The notes under the pieces were generated by a model. The model saw only the letters and a list, made by a program, of their open reading frames with translations, did no database searches and was not told where the DNA came from. Source: Moniliella sp. 'wahieum' (lineage: Eukaryota). From it: a DNA stretch of 64,000 bases. Location of the stretch: NCBI GenBank assembly GCA_003971905.1, contig RSEE01000025.1, forward strand, positions 682,001-746,000. The letters are read 5' to 3'. The position numbers and the translations under genes are program-made. Every line of letters starts with the position of its first letter. Position 1 is the first letter of the stretch. This document shows, piece after piece, positions 13,496-26,020 of this stretch.

Positions 13496-13802
13496 GGAAG
13501 AGGGAGGCACTGCGCCTCCGATCCGGTCAAGGAGGATCTCGAGATGGAGATGGTCCATTTGGCAACGCCGCAAGCCAAGTCACGAGGTGGAGGGGTGGAG
13601 CAGTGCAGGAGGCACGCCAACTTGCTTATTGTCTTCCAGGATCCATCCATTGGCAATTTAAGAGCGTGGTTCCGTTTCCACGCTTCGCTCGGCTGCGGAT
13701 TTAATTAGGGCGGACAGAGATCGCACTCTCCGCTCGCACGTACGTCGTGTCATCCTACCCGACCCCGACCCCAACCCCTCCAGCTCTTCGTCGCTCGTGA
13801 CG

Positions 13803-14356
13803 ATGCGCCGCTCGCTGCTGTTTCTGGGTGTGCTGTTCTCGGGCGCCCTGTTGGCCCTGTGTGCTACCCCCGGAACGGCCCACGCCTCGCTTGCCCACCC
13901 CCGGTCCGAGAGCTCCGCAGCTGTCGTCCCGCCTGCCTCCGCCACCCCTCCCACCGCCGCCCACACACCCCCAAGACCATCGGCGACTTGCGGAGGAAAC
14001 GGCAGCGAGGCAAGAACGGCCGTGCACGCAGGAGAACCAGTGGGCTAGACCCCATCGCGGCCGGCCGTGCGCTGCTTGCCATAGCTGCCCGACCCGACGC
14101 CGACTTGCAAGCTTGGTACGGCTGGCGCGGACGGCTGGCACGCCAGGCGCGCAGACTCCTGGGTTGGCCCCAGGAAACTGAGCAGTTGCTGGTCTACATG
14201 TCCTACCCTCCCGAGTACCACAAGCGAGCGAAGCGCGACCTTGCTTCCTCTTCCGCTGCAGCTCGCCACTCTTCCCCCTCGTCTTCCCCCCCGCCCCCTG
14301 GCGAGGACAGATCCCCGCTTGAGCACGCTGGGACCCTGCCGCACCCCGACCTTTGA
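13803..14356 (+). CDS. Small secreted or signal-anchored hypothetical protein (one frameshift)
   Basis: Signal-peptide-like MRRSLLFLGVLFSGALLALCATPGTAHA. Continues in ORF 13859-14356 with basic and dibasic clusters. Confidence 0.5.
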
Positions 14357-15122
14357 TATTCGGTCTATCCAAGTAGGTGGGGTTGTACAAGTCACTGCAT
14401 GCCGAGGCCGCTGCGGGTCCTTCTACGAAATGACGCAATAAAGAAGGAATGCACCTTCTCTAGGTTGCATCCGACTAAGTAGATTACTGAGGAAAGAGCT
14501 GGTACGCTCGGAGGGACGCGCAGGGTTGTTGAGAGAATGCACATAGGGCACAATCGAATTGATGGTCTGACGCGGGCACTGGCCTGGCCTTTGCAGGCCG
14601 GTGTTGGAGCAGCTCAGGGCCAGCGTGAGTGTTTGGAGTGTTGATAATGGCGGGGCTGCAAGTGCGGGTATTTTCCATGGTAGTGGGATGTTGCTGGCCA
14701 GACGGTGGGTTCAGAGCTGTTTGTCCTCTTTTCCGCCTAGCCGCTCGGCCCGGGGACATGCTCGAACTTGTCGGTGGCCATGGCGGTGCGGGCCGAGGGG
14801 AGCAAGAGGGAGTGGTAGTGGTTGCCCGCCCCCAATGCGGGCCCCCCACCGGCGTCTGGTCAGCTGAGGCGCTGGCCCTGGCCACGTGACCGACAACGTG
14901 ATCACGTGGTGACGGTAGTATCCGGGGATGGATCGGTGCAACCAAAAATTTCCGGCCGGCGGGGGGTGAAAGTTGCAAGAATGGCGGGCAGCAAAGACAA
15001 AAAAGTGGCTCCCAGCAGCAAGAGCCAGTCAGTATACGCAAGTCCTGGCGGGGCGGACTGGGCGTCGCAGTGGGCAAAGCACTCCTGCTTCCTTGCTCCC
15101 CCCTCCCGCCTCCACCTCCCCG

Positions 15123-18100
15123 ATGGCCTTCGACCACAAACGCCACGGCCTGCAGCTGCCGGCCGCACTAGCCCAGCAGCTGGGGCTGCCTGAGCGCGAC
15201 GAAGCGGACGCGTCCTCTGCGCGCGGACGCCATCCCCGCGGACGTGGCGGGGGCGTACTCGGCCGCAAGGAGGCACGCAAGGCTGCTCGCCAGGCCAAAA
15301 AGCAGAGCCGCCACCCCCCGTCCACGAACCCAGCCGCGCTAGTCGCGGAGGCAGTACGCATCCTGTCTCGCGCCGCGCCTCGCTTCCCGGTTCATCTGCC
15401 CACGCCGCCACCCAGCCCGGGCGAACGGCCAAGGGAAAACCTAGCCATGCGCCCCAGTCCAATCCCAAGTCAGCACCTCCAAAGCAGGCGCCATCTGCCT
15501 CCACGTCCACTTCCGTTGCTGTCCCTACAAAGGAGAAAACGAAGCGCAAGAAACACGCCACCCATTCCCTCAGCGAAGATGAGGCCCCCCAAAGAAGAAA
15601 AGATGAAGGCGCTCGAGGCTCCGGAGGAGTCCCAACCCAGCGGCAACACGGCATCTCATACGCCAAGTGCCGAAGAAGAAAAGGCTGGCGAGCGCGAGCG
15701 CTCCTCCCAAACGTCCAGAAAGATCAGCAAGAGTACGGTGACGCCCCTCCAACGGCTTTTGAATAAGGCTGGCGTGGCTTCGGGCACACAGCGCAACCCA
15801 ACCGAGCCAGTCCGGCATCCCAAACGGCCCATGTCCAAGGTCGAGAAGATGAAGAGGACGAGATTGCCTGGCTCGAATACAAGTTGGGCAAGGGGCGAGG
15901 AAAGGGTGCTGATGACGATGGCTTGGATGACTTGCTCGAGGACCTGGACCGCTTCTACCCCGGTATGTACGATACCAAGGAAGATGGACCCGCTGAATCT
16001 GTCGATGGGGCTAGCGATGTCGACAGTTTCTACGGATTTGACTCGGAGGGCGAGAGCGCTTCGGATTCTGCTTCCGATCTAGACCAGGTCGACTCGGATG
16101 AAGAGGGCGACGCTCAAGTAGAGCAAGACGAGAGCAGTACTTCTTCCGATGTCGAAATGGAGAGCCAGCACACGGCAGCATCCAATCCAGTTCCTCGTGC
16201 AGAAGCTCCTACACCCGCTCCTACTGCTCCAGCTTCTAGTGGCAAGTACATCCCCCCCGCTCTCCGGCGTCTTCAAGCAGCCAAGGAAGCCCAAACGAGC
16301 ACGGTTCCATCCTCTGTGTCGGCCTACGACGATCCGGCCAATTTGAACCTGCGCCGACAACTCAAGGGCCAACTTAACCGATTGGGCGAAGGGAACCTGG
16401 ACGGGGTCTTGACCACGCTTGAGTCCATTTTCTCCACCAATTCGCGTGCCGTGGTAACCCAGATTCTTTCCCGTCTGCTACTTGATGCGGTGGTCTACGC
16501 TGCGCGGGCTACGGATCAGTTTATTATCTTGAACGCTGCCCTTGTCTCCGCCTTGCACCGCACAATAGGCATTGAGTTTGGGGCCTCGTTCGTGGCTGAC
16601 TTGGTGGACGAACTGGTGGGCGCATACGATGCTGCGCAAAAGGCCCAGACGGCGGCTGTGCAACAGGTTCAGCAAGAGGGGCGGACGATCCTTCCGTCGG
16701 AAGAAGGGGGGCTGGAAGGGGGCGAACCCTTACCCCCCCAAGCGATGGAGACGATGCAAGTTGTAGACCCTCTACAAGAGGCCAACAGCAAGAAAGCCAT
16801 CAATCTCGTCTCGCTTCTCTGCGAGCTGTACAACTTACAAACCATCTCGTGTCTGCTCGTGTACGACTTGATTCGCCACTTTGCCCAGCCCAGCTCTTTC
16901 CCCGCGGCTGGGCTTAGTGAATTGAGTGTGGAGCTTCTGCTACGAATTGTGCGCCTCTGTGGCGCCCAGCTGCGGAGCGACGATCCTTCTAGTCTACGGG
17001 ACATTGTCGACTTTGTCCAGGAAAAGGCCGTACCGACAGCCGTGACCAAGACGACTTCGACTGGAATTCCTATTCCTCAACAAGCAGCTGCCGCCCCACC
17101 CCCCCTCTCGTCCCGGTCCAAGTTCATGCTTGAGCGTCTGGCGGACTTGCGGTCGGGCCGAGCGCAGCGCCAAGGCGCTGGCGGGCCCAGTGACACGCTG
17201 ACCCGAATGAAAAAGTTCATTTCGGGACTGGGCAAGAAACGGGCGTTGCGGACGTACGATGCGATCCGGGTGACGCTTAAGGACCTGCAAGATGCCGATC
17301 GCAAGGGACGCTGGTGGCTTGTTGGTGCAGCTTGGACCGGGCACGGTGGCGAGGGAGAAGACGCAGAGGGCGTGACGGCGGCGCGGCCCTTGACTGTGCG
17401 CAAGGAGGAGGACGAGTCGGAGGCGCAGATGGACGACGAGGAAATCCAGAAACACAAGGCGTTGGTGGCTTACGCTCGGTCCCATGGTTTGGGCACAGCC
17501 GTGCGCCAAGGTATCTTTGTCACGATCATGACCAGTGCAGACTTTGTGGATGCGGCCACGCGGCTGCAAGCGCTCCGGCTCAACGAGGTACAGCGACGCG
17601 AGATTGTGCGCGTGTTGGTGCGCTGCATGCAGATTGACGAGACGTACAACCCTTACTTTGCGCTGATTGGTTTCCAGCTGGCCGGACCCCATGTGGGCGA
17701 CCCGGCCGCGCGGTGCGGTTTACGATGCAGTACGTGCTGTGGGACTTTATGCGTGCCACGCTGGGCCAGACCGGCGTGGCGGGCAAGTCGCGGGCCGAGG
17801 CGGAGGAGGAGGACATGGAAGGCGATGCCGAGGTGGACGAGAAGAGGATCGCAAATGTGGCCAGGGGTACGCGTGGTGGATTGCCAAGGGCGCGCTGACG
17901 CTCAATGTGCTCAAGGTACGTCGAGGCGGCGAGGGAGGGCGGGTGCTGGGCAGAGGATGGGAGGATGGAAGACTGACTGACACGGACGGATGGACAGACG
18001 ATCGACTTTGTGTCGCTGCGTCCCAAGGCGCGGTTCTTCCTGCAGCACCTGCTGGTCAACACGCTGCTGTCGACGCAGACGCGCTCGCCCAGTCTGGGCG

Positions 18101-18333
18101 CAGCGACGATGGGCGAGGCGGACCGGGAGACGCTGGAGCGGGTGCTGGTGCAGGGCACGGTGGGCAACCTGGAGCTGACGCGGGGGCTGCTGGTGTTCAC
18201 CAAGACGCATCTGGGGGCGCGCCAGCAGCAGAAGATGGCGGGTGGCGACGGCGCGCTGGCGAAGCGCCTGGAGTGGGTGCTGGGCGTGGCGAGGGAGACG
18301 CTGCAGGTGGGCGCGTCGCTGGGGAGTGTGTAG
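15123..18333 (+). CDS. SGD1: Nucleolar MIF4G/MA3 protein Sgd1/NOM1; intron 17916-17997
   Basis: RKEARKAARQAKK, KYIPPALR, LRRQLKGQLNRLGEGNL (MIF4G), GAQLRSDDPSSLRDI, KGRWWLVGAAW, and MA3 segment RQGIFVTIMTSADFVDA..YNPYFALI. Confidence 0.92.
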
Positions 18334-18615
18334 GCGACTTGTGTATATGCGTCCAGTAGGACTTCTGTATCCGTCGAGCAGCCTCACATGTCACAAATCA
18401 ATTAATTAATTGCACTCGGGCCAATGCCGTAAGGCGCAGGTAGCCATAGCCATTAGCCACTGCTATCCATTTCAATTCCCAATTCCCAATTGGCATCTGC
18501 TCTCCGTTTCAATTCCCCATTCTCCCCACTTCTCATTCCGCCCCGCGGAACCTGTTTCTTCCGGCACGCCCTGCCTCGTTCGCCGCTCGCGTCGCTTGGC
18601 TGCTCCCCAACGACG

Positions 18616-19569
18616 ATGCTGACGGCGGTGCGGACGGTGGCCAGGACGTGCTTTGCCGCACGCCCGGCGCTCTCCCTCGCACGCACCCTGCACCACTCGG
18701 CGCCTGTGCGCAAAGCAAAGTCGAAGCCGAGTTTGAGCGTCTCGCCGACCCGAGCAAGGCGCCGCGCGACCTCCGCTTTGCCATCCCGCCCGCCGCAAGT
18801 TCGTCACCGTCGACTCGGTCCCCCGCCGATCGCGCAACATCCCCGATGGCTGGGTGCGCGACCCCGAGACCGGCCGAGTGTCCAAGTCCAAGGTCGAGCG
18901 CACCCCCGAGGAGCAGGCAGCGTACGAGGCCAAGAAGCTCCACGCCGCCAGCACCCGCCCCTGTCGACGCACCAAGTCTTCCTTGGCCCCGACCTCAACC
19001 CTTACTTGCCTTCCCGTACGCCCCAGGGTCTCTTCCCCCCCCTCTCTACTCGGCCATGACCCAGGCTCGCAAGATCAAGAAGGCCTACGCCGAGGGCAAG
19101 GACTTGGAACTGCCGCCGTCGCCCAAGAAGACCAAGTACCAAGCCCGAGTGAATTGGTGGAAAGAGCAGCGCATTCGCGAAGCCAATTTCGACCCGGTCT
19201 TTGACGCCGCTTTCAACACGGCCTTTTCCGAAGCCGCACGCAACCTATCGGCAGACCAGGACGCCGTGTTCGCCTACCAGTGCGCCAAGATCATGATGCA
19301 GGACCAAGGCTCCTATGCCGGCCGCCGTATCTTCTGGAAGGGTACCAAGCGCGTCAAGCGCGCCCTCAAGCGCCGCGAGATCATCGCCGAACGTCTCAAG
19401 GCCATGCCGGACATCATCAAGGAGTACAAGGAGGTACGTCCCCTTTCTTTCCCCTCCCTTTCCTTACCTTGCTGCTTGTGTACGAGCGAAAGACTGATGT
19501 GGTACCTTTCCCCCTCTACAGGAATCGAGAGAGAAGAGGGCCCGGGCTACCAGCCAGATTCCGTTCTAA
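18616..19569 (+). CDS. MRPL25: Mitochondrial ribosomal protein mL59 (MRPL25 family); intron 19434-19521
   Basis: Mitochondrial presequence MLTAVRTVARTCFAAR, plus LNPYLP..PLYS..QA, LPPSPKK and YAGRRIFWKGTKR..RLKAMPDIIKEYK. Confidence 0.75.
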
Positions 19570-20616
19570 AAGGGAACCATGTCCTTTGCCTTTGTGCTAT
19601 GCGATGGTGTTGCTATGGCATGCCCCCATTGGAATGGGAATCAAAGAGGATGAGGAGGTGGTCACGTAGATGGGTCCCATGGTTATCCTCCCCCCCGCGC
19701 CTCGCCTCCCACCAGAAGGCCAGATTGGTACCGCTTATGGGGAGTGACAGATGCTAGTAGGTCATTGGTCAGGAGAGCCAGTAGGAGACAAAACAATCGT
19801 GCTAACGATGGCTTGGCGCTTACCTGCTCGCAAGTGGGGGGCAGGGCACAGGACAGACGGAGCAGAGGTTGTGCAGGCGGGTTGACGCCTTGACGGCGGG
19901 TTCTACTTGGACCGCGCGAACTTGCCTATCTTCAGTAGCATCTTCAGTACTAGCATAGGGTGCTAAAGCTGTGTCTGTATTTGCTTACAGAGCCTTCAAA
20001 CAGGACAAAAACGCGCCGTTCCAGGCGCCTCCCCTCCCGCTTGGTAATGAGTTGTCGGAGCGCTCCCAAGTAAATCCTTAGTAATCGGCCCACAAACCCG
20101 CGAAGCGCTGGCCTCGCCCCTTGTCGAATCGCAGAGCCCGTCGCGACGCTCCTCTTTAGCGGGACAGCATTCCCTCCTGGATCGGTCCGTCAGTCTGGCG
20201 CAACATGAACCGGCTCCAGTCGTCTCGCCATCAGCTCGGGCGGCAACCCCGAGCCCGTTCGGACACATTGTGACGCTTCGGAGCCGGAGAGAAGAAAGCT
20301 CCCAGGGAGGCGGAGCAAGTGGGCGGCCTGTTCGCCTCCAAGACATGCGCGTCGTATATCACTTGTTTTGCAGAGGGGGAATTGGTGCAACTGGGCGCCT
20401 AAGCCTCCTCGTCAGTCGTGACATATGATGTGACAGTCCGCAAAGGGTTGGAGGGCCGGGCCGGGTTTGGTGGTGGATATGGAAGCTAAAAGAGCGATAG
20501 TAGCGCTCGAGACCATGCGAGGGCGACTACGACAGAATCGAGGCTTCTACCATCGCCACCCTTGCGTACTGGCTTTGCTTGTTTTTTTCTTTCGTTCTTT
20601 GGTGCGTTTGTAGGCG

Positions 20617-23240
20617 CTACTTATGCGTCAGTGGATCGATGGCCACAATGCCATCGAGCTCGAGGTAGGGGTAACCCCACTCAGCCAGGAAACGCTTCAC
20701 GGCAGTGCCGAGTCGACTGGCAGTAGGCTGGCCAGCAAGAGTATGCTTGCCAGCGCCGACGGCCACAAACGCCAGTCCCTGCACGCCCTCCTCTTCGAGG
20801 CCGAGAAGGAACTGTTCGGTGACTTCCTGCGCTTCGGTAGCATGCTGATAAGATGGCAGCGCCCCAACGCAGACGCACATGCACACGTCAGTTTTTCCCA
20901 TCCACCCCCACCGCCACAGCACAGAGTCCAACAACGTACCAAGCCATGCAGATCCAACAGATACTCCGCTCGTTCTTTCGGCAAAAGGCGTGCGGATGCG
21001 GCGCCGACCGCAGCGCGCCGTGCCACCCCAAGCACACCCCCTCCCCGCCCCAGCCGCTCGACCCCGCATCCCACGCCCGGCTGGCTCGTCCGACGCGGCG
21101 CCCGACGAGCCAAGCAGCTTGGTGCGTAGCTGGCCATGCCGCTCCTTGAGTGTGGCCGTGGCGCTGCGTGCGCGTTCCTGGCCCAACTGCGCATTGAGCT
21201 CAGTAGCCCGCGAGACCAGCTGTGAGCACCAGCCCATCGCCGCGCGCGTACGCGCTGGCCGCCGCACGCAGCGCCGCCGCGCGCTCCCCTGACAAGGCCA
21301 TCGTAGGTCCGCGTTCGTGCGCATACAGATTGGCCACACTGCCTCCGGTCTCGAGGGTGGGGAGCAAGGCAGGAGGACGAAGGGGCAGGCGCTGGGCCGT
21401 TTTGCCCTTGGTCGCCGGCGTTGGCGCTGGGTCCACCGCGCCCCGTCCTGACACGGCAGGGCGTTGGTGCGCCGCCTGAGCCGCCGAAGCGTACCGCGCC
21501 GGCTCGACAGGGCTTCTTGGTAGGTTTGCGCGTGTCGAGTGAGGGGAAATCGGCCGTTTCCAACCCTCGGTCCGAGCGGGCGTGTCGAGCGCAAGACCGC
21601 CCATGCCCATGCCCGACGAGCGATTGCACCGCGCCCAAATCGTGCAAAAAGCCGCACTGCGCATTAAGGCATTCGCCTCGCAACCAGTATTTGCACAGCG
21701 CGCGGCCTAGGTCATGGCTAAACCGGCAATCGGACCGACGACAGTCGCCCGCCAAAAAGTACCGGCACACCCTGCGCCGCCGGCAGGCGAGGAAGATGGC
21801 GTGCCGCGCTTGAGCGCGACAAACGCTTCGGTCGACAAGACTTGTACGCCGTCGGCGCCACCACGGGCAAAGCCACGTGGTCCCTCGGGGAAGTAAGGCG
21901 CGGGTTCATGCTGGCTGGGACTTCGGCGCCCATCGGGGTCAGTACCGGTCCTTCCTCTTCCTCCTGCTCGGGCGGGGGCGGGGGAACGCCACCGTTGGCC
22001 AACACGGCCGTCAGCGTGGCTTGCACATCAAAGTTGTATTGCGCCAATACCGATTCGGCCGTCGCGCGCGTCCATCCCCCTTCTTCCCGTCCAGGCAAAA
22101 GAATGGCACAGAGCACATCCAACGGTGTCATCACTTCTTCACCCGTAACTTCCACTGCCACAGGGGCCTCCTCAGCCGGCGCAAGGTACGCTGCCGAGGC
22201 CAAGGGTGTCACACGCACAGGCGGGGCAAAGGGTGAAAATTCATCTTCCTCCTCCTCCCTCCGCTGCGTCCTCTTGCTCTTCCTCCTTCTCTTCCATCTT
22301 GGGGGTACAACAGCCGAGGACACCTTGGTCGGCGAAGCAGTGAGGTCCGCCCGGGCCCAAGGAACACTCGTCATGGCACCGGCCGCACGCGGTGCCGAGG
22401 CCAACGGCGACGTGACGATCGGCGTGGTGCGTCCCGAGCGCGGGGTGAACTCGGCAGCAGCAAGGTTGAGCCGAGGCGAAGTAGCGATTGCGACGGCGGG
22501 CGATGTAGGGCGGGAGAGGTGGAGGGAGGTGGAGGTGGGGGTGGAAGAGGGCGGTGAGGTGGGAGGATCGCGCTCCAGCGGGGTTGGGGCCAAGGGCGCA
22601 CGGGGCGATCCCGATCCGATCACGCCTGCTGCTGGTGCGACCGGGCGGGAAATGGGCGGGGGAGCAGAGCCGGGGGGTCGAAGGCCCCAGACGCCGGCAG
22701 GAGAGGCAGGTCGGCTGCCGCTGTCGCCGGCAACAGGCGCGCTGCCCCACGCAGCGGCCGCAGCAGCAGCAGATGGGATACCAGATGGGATCCCAGTTGA
22801 TCCGGAGCGCACGGAAGGTGGTTTGCGTCGCGGCGGAGGCGCACGCGAGTGGGCCGCACCAGCAGAGGGGGTGGCGAGTAGCGCAGCGAGCGTGGGCGGC
22901 GGACTGAGCGGGCGGCCAGAGGGGGCGGCGTCCTCATGGAAGCGGTGGAGGAGCTGGAGGACGAGACGGTCGAGCTGGTCGGCGGTGAGGGCACGGCGGG
23001 CACTGGCGGGAGAAGGGAGACGACCAGCGCGGACGTAGGCACGTGCCCAGGCGTCGAGCGCGGTGCGCACGTCCTCCACCTTGCCGTCGTCGTCGGCCGC
23101 GAGCGCGAGGGCGGGCAGGACGGCGTCGGCGGGGGCAGCGGGGGCGCCGGGCGGCGGAGGGGAAGGGGCGCCGGGAAGAGGGCGGCGAGGAGGGCGCGTG
23201 TGAGTGCCAGGGCCGGCGCGGCGTCCGAGGGGGCCGACAT
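20617..23240 (-). CDS. CCCH zinc finger / PAM2 / Smr-domain protein; intron 20845-20939
   Basis: Tandem CCCH fingers (CRYFLAGDCRRSDCRFSH, CKYWLRGECLNAQCGFLH), PAM2-like LNLAAAEFTP, and an Smr domain LDLHGL|HATEA..VAVGAGKH. Confidence 0.88.
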
Positions 23241-23634
23241 GGGCAGCGATGAGAGGCGAGATGGCGAGATGGCGAGATGGCGAGATGGTGAGATGGTGAG
23301 ATGGCGGCGGCCGGCCGACGCAGACACCACGCCGCGCACCGGCAACCCTACTTCTCGCCCAGCCGACACCCAAATCAAACACACGCAGGCCCATTGGGAT
23401 CGAGGTTGGCTTGGGCTGCTCGCCATCGCCACTGCCATCGCCACTGCCATCGCCACGGCCATCGCCCATCACCATCGCCATCGCACACACACATCCTATC
23501 CCACCCACCCCTGTAATCGCACCCGACATAGCGGTAGGAACGATACATAACAATTCCTCTTCTATCCCGGTGGCTACCGAGCATCCTCATAGTCCCCTCC
23601 TCCCGCTTTCCCCTTGGTCTCCCTCGCGCCGTCC

Positions 23635-24634
23635 TCATACTGAAAAGTCAAACTGGACCCCGGTCAGCTGCTCCGTCAAGTCAAACAGCTTTCCTGCTGC
23701 CTCCTTGTCCTGGCCGTTGGGAGCGACTGTGGCCGGGCCCACCTTGCCCGAGATCTCCATCCACCCCTGGGGCCCCCAATAGGATCCCGAAGCGACGCCG
23801 GGCATGGTGGCCGCATACGTTTGCGACAGCGCGCCCGTTGCGGCCGTTTGGGCAAACAATGAAGCCATGATCCACACCATGAGCGAACGAGGTGTGCCCT
23901 CGGTCAGAGCCCATCCTGGGTGCGCCAGTACCACCAACGGCGAAGCCAGCCCCGCCGCCGTGGTGCGCCTAGCCAGCTCTTGCCCCCACAGCAGGTTGGC
24001 AAGCTTGCTCTGTCCATATGCCACTAGGCCATTGTATGCGCGTTGGGTCCAGTCCAGGTCGTCGAGCGCAAGTGGCCCCGCTTGCTTGTGCAACAACGAG
24101 GACACAACTACTACCCGACTAGAAGGCGTGTGCTTTAGCAGCGGGAACAATGTGCCAATCAGCGCAGCGTGCGCCAAGTGGTTCACTCCAAATAAGGCCT
24201 CATGACCTGCACGCCACAAGGGAGGTTAGTTGGTTAGTACAGTGCCAGCAAAGGTGGAAGGAAGGGGGGGGGGGGAACGGAGCGGGATACGTGCCTTGGG
24301 CTGTCTGGTGCTTCTCGGGCGGATGAAGCACACCGGCATTGGCGACCAAAATGTCGAGTTGGGTATGGGTGGCGGCAAAGTCGATAGCAAACGTCTTGAC
24401 CTTGTCGAGGTCGTCCAAGTCCAAGAGGGCCAATGTCGGCGTGCCCAAAGGCTTGGACGCAAGAATTTTCTCCACGGCTGCTTGGCCGCGACTTTGGTTG
24501 CGGCACGCTAGCACCACGTCCGCCCCAGCATGAGCGAGGTTGTATGCCGTCTCATAGCCCAGGCCCGAGTTGGCGCCCGTGACAAGCGCGAGCTTGCCGG
24601 TGAGAGAAGGGATGTCGTTGGTGGTGAAGGCCAT
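23635..24634 (-). CDS. Short-chain dehydrogenase/reductase (retinol-DH/WWOX-like); GC-AG intron 24207-24294
   Basis: ALVTGANSGLG, DILVANAG, FGVNHLAH, RVVVVSS, catalytic YGQSK and HPG. Confidence 0.92.
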
Positions 24635-26020
24635 TGTATCTGAGGTGGAGCTGGGGGTGGCAAAAGGGGTGATGACAATGGGGGCGAAAGGGGAGCGACC
24701 TGTAGTAGAGGCAAAAGTTGAACTGGCCAACTCCAAGTGGCCTTTTTATAATCGTTCTTGTTTCGATGAGATATGATGCAGGGGTCAGGAGCTGGGCCGA
24801 AGAAGGGATCACCATACATCCACCGGCGAGACCACCGGCTCAGGCAGAAGGGGTTCTTTATCGTTCATCGCTAGCACGCCTCGCGTGTGATGCTTCCACC
24901 GAGAGCCAGTCCATCCCACGCCGCTGTCCGCAAGCACGGCGTGCCCCCTACGCTCCTGGCTGATGCGCTCCAGATAGCCGCAAGCGTAAGGTGTATCGCT
25001 ATAGCGCGTTCCAGAGGAGTCGCTGGACGTGGCTACAGTAAGCCAATTCAAATCAACTAATAGAAGCAGCGATGGGCACACCCTCGTGCTGGACCCTGCT
25101 TTTTTGGCCTCTTGAAGCTTGAAGCTTGATGGGAAGCTAGATGCAGTACACAGTACGCAGCTGCTTGGTTCCATCCATAGAGAATAGGGTCGATCGGCTC
25201 TCCACAAAATGGATAACCGGCCCCATGCTGGCTTCGCCTGCCCATCCTTTTTGTGGTCTTCTGGCGGCCAGCCTGGCTAATCTGCTCTGAGATCAATCTG
25301 AGATCTGCTCCCCCACCAAGTGCCATGAGTACTGGGGGTTCTGTGCAGATCATCCCGCGGCCACTGCCCCCATCCACCCACCCCGACCCACCCGTCTCGT
25401 TGCCGGAGATAAAAAAACACCTTGGGCCTTAGTAGGCCCAAGTACTTAGGCGTAAGGCCGTAACGCGTAAGGCCTAAGTAGGCCTAAGACCAGTAGGTTA
25501 GGGTTAGTCAAGCGCTAAAGCTCTAAGATCGAAAGCTTTAAGGTTCGTACGTCCATCGATCATCCTGCTCCATCCCTCCGTCTTTGTCGGAAAGACAGCG
25601 ACGAGAAGATATGGAGTGCATTTACGCTATGGACGATGCGCAAGGGATCGAGGCTATCGGGGGTAGTTGGCGCCGCTCAAGCTTGAAGCTTTAGTAACGT
25701 CTAACGTTTGCCGTTTACCGTGTACCGTTGAACTTCAACGTTGAACGTCGAACGTTGAACCTCGAGGCAGATGAACAAGTGGTTGGTGATTGGGTTGGGG
25801 GAGGGAGGGGTACAAGTACAAGCCAGAGCCGTCACTACGAAGCCTCTGTGTGCAAGACAAGGAGGAAGGGAAGGTCTTTTGGAGCCCCACTAGGGCAGCC
25901 TTGCAGCAACCTGGCCAGGGGGCGTGGGCGTGGGGGGGGGGGGGGGAAGAGGGACCATCGATCAGGCCCAGGCCACAGGCCACAAACCTCAGGGATGAAA
26001 GATCAGGCCTCATTCAGGTC

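Noticed and set aside
15123..18333. Programmed frameshifting or pseudogene status of SGD1 and other genes
   Set aside because: Indels are ubiquitous and sit in homopolymers, so sequencing error explains them better.
21842..23038. Long antisense ORFs (also 29271-30287, 42081-43130, 60262-61131)
   Set aside because: Shadow ORFs of GC-rich genes on the opposite strand, with no motifs.
23255..23305. (GGYGAGAT)n repeat as part of the heptamer family
   Set aside because: Period 8 and non-palindromic; treated as an ordinary 5'UTR microsatellite.
25496..25507. GGTTAGGGTTAG as a telomerase RNA template or interstitial telomere
   Set aside because: Only about two units, embedded in a TAAG/TAGG heptamer tract, with no nearby pseudoknot or three-way junction that I could support.
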